A stretch of DNA of 59,706 nucleotides from a virus (taxonomy: Duplodnaviria; Caudoviricetes). Below are positions 35,601 to 44,600 of the stretch, one piece after another (the stretch's first letter is position 1; every line of letters starts with the position of its first letter). The stretch covers positions 1 through 59,706 of IMG/VR virus record IMGVR_UViG_3300042905_003262. The stretch is one strand, 5' to 3'. Position numbers and translations under genes: made by a program. Below the pieces are notes generated by a model. That model had not been told where the DNA came from. It did not search any database and saw only the letters and a list, made by a program, of their open reading frames with translations.

Positions 35601-38600
35601 TGCATTGCGCACCATTACCTCGCGGCCTGACACGTTGCCGGTAATGCTGTGCCAGCGGTTCCACTCATCCACAAACGACCGCGCCTGTTCAGTAACTTCA
35701 TCGGACTTGCCGAGTTTCGAGAACATTCCAGCCAGTCGATTTGTGAGTTGCGAGTTTGTCGTCCGTTTGGTCGCTATAACGTCAAACACATTGCCTGTTG
35801 ATGTCCTAAACGTGGCCGAGAACTCCGTGAAGTCCTTTTTGATGCTGTCCATGAACTCCTGTTGAACATCGGAAGGCTTTTCCTCGCGGCTTTCTGGTTC
35901 TGCGGCCTCATTGACTCCACGCCAATAAATTCCCCCTCCAGACTTTTCCATCACAACCTCAAATAATGCCAAGTTTGGCCCTGACAAAGTGGACAGAATA
36001 GAATCATCGCCCTTCTTGCGGCCAAGTTTTCTATCTGTTCCCCGCTCGATCCACTCGCCGTCAGAATTGCGCGTGACAATGATGCCGCTTGGCGATGTGC
36101 GATAGGTGCGGGCATATTCGGACTGCCTGTATTTATCGGCGGCGGCCTTCGATCTGGCGTTTTCGGCGGCATCTCGACTGGCTGTCTCCTCAACGATTTT
36201 CGCCATGACCTGCCTCCCTTCGTCTCGCGGCATGATGGCAGTTTTTCCTTCGGTGTCCATTTTAGCCAACGCCAGTGATTCGCGGTCTGCGGCTTGATTT
36301 GTGGAGTTGCGTTTTTCCACATAGACGGACGGATCGCCATTCAGGCGGTGAAAATAGACCGCACGGTTGAAGTCGCCCGTTTTAGCACGCTCTTTTGCCA
36401 CTGCTGCTTCAAGAGTCTCCATCATCGTTGTTTGCGCTGATGTAGGCGGAATAATTTCCGTTTCGGGTTCTGCGGCCATCTCGGGGGATTCGGGCGCGGG
36501 GGAGGCCCACTTCTCAAGTCTGACAGCCAGTTCGTCGGCGTTCAGTTGCCAGAACTTCGCATCCATCTCCAAGGCGCGGCGCATGCGGGACGCTGATGCG
36601 GCAATGTTGCGGTTGTAATCTGGCCCTTTGCGCTCGTATGGCGCGGCCATGGCGAGCAATTCCTGTGGTGTCTTGCCTGCAAGTGTCGTGTCAGCCTGGG
36701 TTTTGAGGCTTGCGGCTTGCGGCGTATCTTCCGCAGCAATAGGGGGGACGGTTTCAACCTTCGTATCCCTTTCCGGCATCGTCGGCTCTACGACCTGCGC
36801 CTTGACGCGCATGATGACAACCTCTGCATCTGGCGAGGTGAGCATGATTGGCCCCTCTCCGCGCTCTGTGCCGCTCTTGATGGCAACTTTCTCGTGTCCA
36901 AGTGCGCGAAAACCTGCCAGCGCATCCATGACGAGTTCAGCGTCAAACGAGCCGACCGCCTCGCCGCCTTCTTGAATGTTGTGCTCGTAGGTTTCGAGGT
37001 TCTGGTTGTTCAAGACTTGGCTCTTAACTCCAAGAGAGCCGTCCTGATTGATGGAAATGGCGACGTAAGGCGTCACGTCCTCGCCTTTGCCCCTAGCAGC
37101 CTTGAAATTGACATCACGAGCAAGAGAACTGGCCTGCTTGAGGATTTGCCACAAGCGCCCCGTGTCGATGCCTTTGTGAATCACTGGAATATCGGCAGGA
37201 ACCACGGCTTTCCAGCCTGGAGGGAATTTCCCAAGTTTTTCATTCTCGGACTGGAGGCCGAGCTTGTTGCCCTTGGTGTTGAACAACATCGGATCGTCTG
37301 CCTTGCCAAACCCTTCAAAGGGAATCGTGAATAGCATCTTTCCATTGGTGGCGACAAGCACATCACCAAAGTCTGCTACCTGCATGATTGTTTGGCGCGT
37401 TTCGTCAGTGCTGGCAAACATGCCCGCCACCTTTACAACGTCTGCCTTGCCAAGTTTGCCGCTTTTGAGTGTCGGGATACCAGACTGGCGAATAGGATTC
37501 AGGGTCGGCGCGTCTGCCGATGGCGTTGTTGTCGGAAAACTCTTGGCAATCTTGGCAAAATTCTGGAGCGTCTTCTTGTCGTTCCAAAGGGTAAAAGTGC
37601 CGTCGCCTGGAATCTCGATCACCACCTTGCTTTCAGATGGAACGCTGGCGCGCACAGCCGCTTCAATATCGACTTTTTTGGCTTTGGGGTCGAGATTGTA
37701 TTTCTCGCGCAGTTTCGCCATTGCTATCCCGACATTTGGCGTGGTCGATTTGTCGCTAAGGCCCATCAGTTCAACCAAGTCTTTGCGAACGTCGCCAAGT
37801 TTGGCCTCGTCCGGCGCTGCCGCAATAGCATCGTCCAGTTTTTCGAGAAGATAGGTCTTCATGGCCCGCAACGCCTTTGTGTCGGCGGGCTTCTTTTCCT
37901 TCACAGGCTCCGGCATCGCCTCTTCCTTGGCTACGGCGGCAGCTTGGGGCGGTGTGAGGTCTGGCAGGGCGGCTAGTTGCGTGGAAACTTTGTCTTTTTC
38001 CGTTCCCATGCCTTTTCGCAGAGTGTAGCGAAGGGCTTCGCGCAACTCGTTGTAAATCTTCTGGTGTGGGGTGTTGAAAATTAGCTGCCCGTCTGCGGTC
38101 TTGGCTCCGACATCTTGCACTAGCTGCATCACGGCCTCCGTGTCGGCCTGATTGACAGCCAAGCGGATTACACGTTGCGGCATGTCCACGCGGCTTTGTT
38201 GGCTAGCGTTCATACCTAGCCACTCGCCAACGAATTGAGCCAGCGGCGAGGCGTAAGGCTCGGACTTGGTTTCTGCTGCGGCTGGCTCGGTATCATTTGA
38301 TACCTCGCGGGTGGTTTCTGACTCGGTGAACGCGGCCTTGATTTTTGCAAAGTCCACATTGCCGTTTTCAGGGTTCATTGCCCCCAACTTGGTCAATCCT
38401 TGCTGCCACTTCGGAGACATGCCGCCTTCAAACTTGGCAGTCTTGCCGCTAATGAAGTCAGCCAGCTTTGCAGTGTTGTAGGCATTGGCAAACTCGTCTC
38501 CAAATATTTCGTTGATCCACGCTACCGCCTTAGAGTCGGCATTGGCAATTAGAGAGCGATCAGATGCCAGTTTATCAGCCTCTTTAGATGCTTGGCTCGA

Positions 38601-41600
38601 TTCCCTTGCCTGTGACTCAGACTCGAAAATAACCGTCTGGAGCATCCTGAGGGCATCAGAATCCATGATGGTGAGTTCCGACTGCAAACGCTCGCCCTTC
38701 TGGTTCATGCGCGACGGCTTTAGACCTGCGTCAGTAAATGCGGTGTGCATCATGTCGCGCTCGTCAATCGTCCAACGGGTGTTGAAGCCCGGCTTCACTA
38801 AACGATCCTTGCGAAGCGTCCATGTTTTGCCATAGCCATCCATCAACGCGACGATTTTTGCGCGGAGTTTAGCAAAGTTTTCTTCGTAGGCTGCATTAAG
38901 TCGTTTCCGTGCTGCCGCATTCGCGTCCTCGGTGGAAACTTCTTCATCCTCCTCTTTCACGAGCATTTGACTGTCACCAAACGGAACACCGTTCAAAACC
39001 TGCTGGTCGGTGAGCTTACTGATGCTGTAGAGGCCATAGAGCGAGTCGCCAATCTTGAACAATCCTGGTAGAACCTTCGTCACGGGCGCATTGCCCCCGT
39101 AGTAGGCGCGAAACCACTTGGAAACCATTTCCTCTGTCACGGGAATGTTCGCCTCTGCGGTTGCGGGCGTGTCGGCTTTGGCTTTCGATTTGGTAACTAC
39201 ATCCAGCGCAGCCTTAATGTCGTCGGGGTGCTCCGTAACAAGAATAGCATCAATCTTCGCCGATGACGGTTGGCGCAAGAGTTCCTTATTGAGTTGCGAA
39301 AGCTGATTGGCGCTCAGTTTATCGAGACGATCTTTGTTGTTGACTGTCAAGGCGTCGAGTCGTGCGCTTTCCTCGTCGGAGATGATGCCGGTTGGCGGCT
39401 GATTGGCCCCTAGAAACTCAATGGCGCGTTGCAGCGTCTCGAATGGCATTCCGCCGACAAGCTCTGCGCCGGATGGCGTGTCATAGGCATGGAAGATGGG
39501 GCTGCCGCGAATACCAGTCTTCTCAACGATCACGAACTTGGCATCTCGATACGCTTCGGTAGCGCCTCTCTTGATGGCCCTGGACAACTCGGTTGATTTG
39601 CCTTCGTCCTGCTCATTCGCGAAAGCTGGAGCCGCCCCCTGTTCAGGAGACGACTCCGTAACTCCTTCCGCGCTTGGTGGACGAGATGAAACTTGGTCAA
39701 GCTCCCCGTAGATCGTAGGCCAGTGCGGATTCTCTTCGAGCGTCGAGTCAAAGCCAGACATCAAGCGCCAGAAAGCTCTGGTGTACTGCCGGAGTGCGCC
39801 ATTCGGAGCAAGTTTGTCGAGCCGTTGCGCCAGTTCTTCCGGCTTGCGAAGTCCGAGATCAATCAAGGTGCTCGCAGCCTTCATCATGGCATCGCGTCGA
39901 TCCTTGGGCAGGTCAGACTGAGCCAATGGCTTTACGGTCGGAGATGCGAACAGGCCAGCAAATGCTTCACCAAGGGCAGCATCGCCTTCGTCCATTTCCT
40001 GCGCTTTTGGCGCTTCTGCTGTCGGTTTGGCGACTTCGGGGGCAGGCGACTCCAGTTTCCACCCTCCAACGGCGGCTTGCGGCTCAACATCGCCTTCGTT
40101 CTCGCCTTCCATGCCCATGACTGGCGTTTCACCCTCAAACGAGATGACTGGCCCCATGCTGCCCTGACTGTCCATGATGATGTCGCCAATCTTGACGGTT
40201 GGGCTATCAAGGTCGGTGCGTTCCCGCTTCTTGGGCGGAGTTGAGTCATTTGGCAGGGCGTTCACCTCGGCCATGGTCATGCCTGAAACCTTTGCGACCT
40301 GCGCAGGCTCCATGCTGGTCTTATCTGGCCCAATCTGAACGTCAAAATTGCCGCCTCCTGTCCGATAAAGCACAAGCATGGGTGTTCCGTTGCGAGTCTT
40401 GCCACGCCACACGGCTGGCGTCTTGAGGAAGGCTAGGCGCTTTTGCCACGCCTCTAGGCGCTTGCCCGCCGCCTGCATGGATTCGGTCATTTCTGGCGGC
40501 GTTCCAGCGCGAGGCTTACCGTTCTTGAAGAAGTACTTGGCAGCGCGGGCGTTGTGATCTGCCACCATTTGAGCCAGAGCCTTCTCTTGAGCCTCAACGG
40601 TTGCCTCGCCTTTCGTCATCGTTTTGGCGTTTGTTGGCATTGTGCTACCGCCTTCGGTCATCACCTGCATGAACCCTTGCGAGTTTGGCGGCGAAATGAC
40701 GATGAATTGATTACCATTCGCGTCCGTAGCCGCATCACCGACAGTCCAGCCTGCCTCATCATTGCCACTTGACTCTTTCTCAGTATTGATAGAAACTGGA
40801 TTCGCAACGGTTGTTGACGACCCTTCAACCGGCTTACCGGAAGTGCTCACGGCCCCGGCGTTTTGAGTTTGCGCAGGCTCAGCGTCGGGGCTGATGCTTT
40901 TCTCGAAGGCGTCGAGGGCATCCGAGACGAGCTTAATGTCTTGATCCACCTGGGCAATCAGGTCATTCCGGGCGGACTCGGACTTGATGCTCGCGAACTG
41001 CTTCCGCAAGTCTCTCAAAAGTGCGAGAACGTCGTCAAGAAACTTGCGCCACTTGTCGGCGAGGTCTTTACCGATGACCTGCTCCGTCATGGTGCCGTCC
41101 TTCATAGCTTCGAGCATGGCGCGATAATACTCGTGGCCGCCGTGGTCTGGATTGAGCGGCTTCGGTTCGAGATCGCGAGCAACACGGCGAACCGAATATG
41201 CCTTCTCGATCTTCTTTTGGACATCTTCTGGAAGCTGGCCCCAAATGTCTTTCACGCGGGCGTCGCCAAGCTGCTCAACTACGAACTTGTGAATCAGCTC
41301 GTGGCGGAAGAATTGGCGGGCCTGAGCAGCGGCGTTGTCGGCGTCGGTGGAATCGCCAACAAAACGAGCCAATGCCGTCTCGGGATTGATAATCAACGCC
41401 TGTTCACGGCGGCCCCATGCGAAGTCAAAGGCCGGATCATCGGTGAGCACAATGGGGAGATGCCCATTGTAGCGGCGCAGACCATCAATGATGGCCTTGG
41501 CGGCAGCGGTGGCTTTGGGCTTATCGCCAGCGGATGCGGCCTGGACAATAGCAGCCATGCGAGCGTGTGCTTGCCCGATGAGTTCGCGGCCTTTGGGCGC

Positions 41601-44600
41601 TTCCGTGTCCACTTCCGCAGGTGCCGTTTCTCCTACTGTCGGGGCGGTTTCGGCGGCTGGAATGTCCGCTTTCGTGGCGGTTTGCGGCTGGCTGGCCTGC
41701 ATGAACTCCGCCAGCGTCGGGGCATAGAAGGATTCACCCTCGCGAACGGCTTTGGCTTGAGTGCGGACAGCCTCGTTGTAGTTCACCAGTATGGTGCGCA
41801 GCACGCCGGGGCCGATCTTCATTTTGGCGGCAAGGCGCGTGATGATGTCTTTCGCGGCTTCCGCATCCGCCATAGAGCCTTTGTCGGTCTGGCTTTTCTT
41901 GATCTTGGCCGCGTAAGCAAAAGCGTCGGCATCGTCTACGGTGGCAAATTCCGCGTAAGACGCTTGGCCTCCTGCGCCTTTACCAATGGCCTTGCGTTGC
42001 AATGGGGGTGCTTTGCCAAGTGCGGGGCGAGTAGCTACTGCTTTAGCGGCTCCCGGCGTCGGTGCAACCTTGGCTTGCCGGTCTGGTGAAGCGCCTTCCA
42101 CCGCCCCCTCCGATGCGGATGGACCCGACTGCACTTTGGGGGCGGTTTCAGGCGCGGGAGCGGGTTGTTTGGCTTGCTTTGGCGTGACTTTCAAGGAGTC
42201 TGCGTGCATGGAGAACTCACCAGATAGATTTGTGTATAAGTAATCCTGTGCGACATTACCTTCAGTGGTGTCTCTCACCACCTTTGATCCATCTAGCTGA
42301 ATCTCAACTCGGCCCGTGCGAGCGTTGCCATTGCCATCTACCCATTCTACGGTATCGCCTTTGTTTAGAGCTTTGAAGAAATCTTCATTAGCCTTTACGT
42401 TGAGCGCAGCCTGCATGTCTTCCCAAGCATCGCGGGTCATCCCAGCGGCTTTTGCAGCGGCTTCTCTTTTTTCTTTTGTTGCTTGGCGGTCTATATCCCC
42501 ATCAGCATCTCTTACAATATAGGATTTTCTTTCAGCATTACGCTTCCGATGAATTTCCGATGGATCGGCTGGCGTTGCTGCTGGCGTGGCGGCGGCTTCT
42601 GGCTCGGAAATGATGGTTGTGGCAGACTTGAGTTTTACCCCATATTTGTCTGCAATCGCTTGAGTATTGTTGTCTGCGAGATGCTTGTCCAAAAATTCAA
42701 GCTCGGCCTCTTCATCTTTGGACAATTGGCGTGAGATAGTGGCAATCGTTTTAGCATCTCCAGCTTTTCCATCTCTCTTCCACGTTAGTTCGTTCTGGCG
42801 ATTTTGCGCGAGCTTGCGAAGGCGGGTGCCAGACATCTCTTGTTTGGGCTTAGGCTTTGGTTTCGGCCTATTGATCGCCTGGATTCGCTCGGCTTCGGAC
42901 TGCCCGATGGTGAGGTCAGGCAACGCGCCCTTGAGCCAGTCGCGGGCCTCATCCGTGATAATGATTTGATCGACTCCGGCCTTGTTTGTGCGGGTATAGA
43001 TGAGCGGCGCGGGAGAATTTGCACCACCGGCAGGAACAAGTTTGCGGTTTTTGTCGAGCTTGACACCAAGTGCGCGCATCTGCGTCTCTGTGAGGGATGC
43101 AGAATCGGTGATTTCGCCGGATGCAATACCGGCCACTGCATCCATGGCAGCGCGAGCTTTGGCGTTGATTCCGCTCTCTTGGCCTTTCGGCACGGTGCGA
43201 ATCACGGCAGGCATCGCTTGGATGGACTCAGGAGCCGTAGGGTTGAAAGCCGCAATCGCAGCCTGAACGGCAGCCCTTTCTTCGGGAAGTGGTCCGGCGT
43301 AGGGATTTGTAGCTTCGGGAGCTTCGGGAGCTTCCGGCGCAATGTCTGGAGGCAAACCACCTGCACGGCGATCCATCCTGTCCTTCAAGGCTTGCATACC
43401 GCCACCCATGAGGCCAGAGGCAACGACAAGCTCAGGCAAGCCGGTGATAAAATCGCGCACTACATCATCAGGATTTCGCCCTTCCGCGTAGCCCTGTGCG
43501 AGCTGCGACATGGCCTCGTCAATGACCTCTTCGGGGATTTCATCAAGCGCACCTTTGGTGATAGCTTTCCCGCTGGACATAAAACCGGCCACCATGGCGC
43601 GGACCGAAGCGCGGGCCTCGGGATTGTTGGCAAGAGCCGTGACACCACCGGGGAAGAGCTTTGTAAGTCCCGCCGTCATGGCTCCGGCTGCGAGCGATGC
43701 AGGCGCAGAGGCTTTCCATGCTTCCATGTGGCTTTTACCCTCGTTGCGAAGGGTGTTGTAAGCCTCACCGTAGAGCGAGCCTGCCGTTTGCGCCCCGCCA
43801 AAGATCATGCCACCTGCCATGGAACCAGTGGCGACCGTGGCAGCGACACCGGGAGCCATGCGGGCAATCGTGCCCGCAATGCTGCCGGCCAAGCCCGTGT
43901 TGGAGAGTTGCTCTTGGGTGTTGACCAGTGAGGCCGCGTTTTCGGCGTTTGCTGCCGCCAATTTAGACCAACCTTCTCCAGCCACAGGAATGTTGCCCGT
44001 CAAAGCCGCAGTCGTGCCGAGAACTGCCTGCGTGACATCCATGAAGCCTGCCGTGACGTTGGAGGCGATCAAATCAGCCCATCGGCGGAAGAACGAACGC
44101 CCCTTCATTTGCTCCTGATACATCAAGGCTTGATCCACGGCATCCATGGCGGCGAATCCGTTCTTGCCGCCTACCTTTTGGTCCTCCTCAATCAAATGGT
44201 CGCGCCATTCGTTGAAATCAGTTCCAAAAGCTGATTGTTTCGCAAAGGCGGTAAGCAAGCCTTCGCCGTATTGGCGACGGTAGGACGGCCAGAGCTTCAT
44301 TGCCTCGGCCTTTTGTTCCGGCGTGCCGTCTGCGGCTTCGATGACTTTCTTGAATGCCTCCTCGTCACCGCCAAGGACAGGATTCGGAATGATGGCACCG
44401 TTTGGCAGCCTGCGAACCGGCTCCAGCATATCCGTAATGCCGAGCTTTTCGCGCAATGGCCGCGTCAATTCGGCGGACTTCTCGGCTTTCTCGGGGTCCA
44501 ACGGACTCGACCAATCAAGTTGACGGCGAGTCTCCATGTAGTTTCGGGCCTCTTTCTCATCAAGTCCCATCTCTTTGACCTTGGCCTTGAAGTTTGCAGG

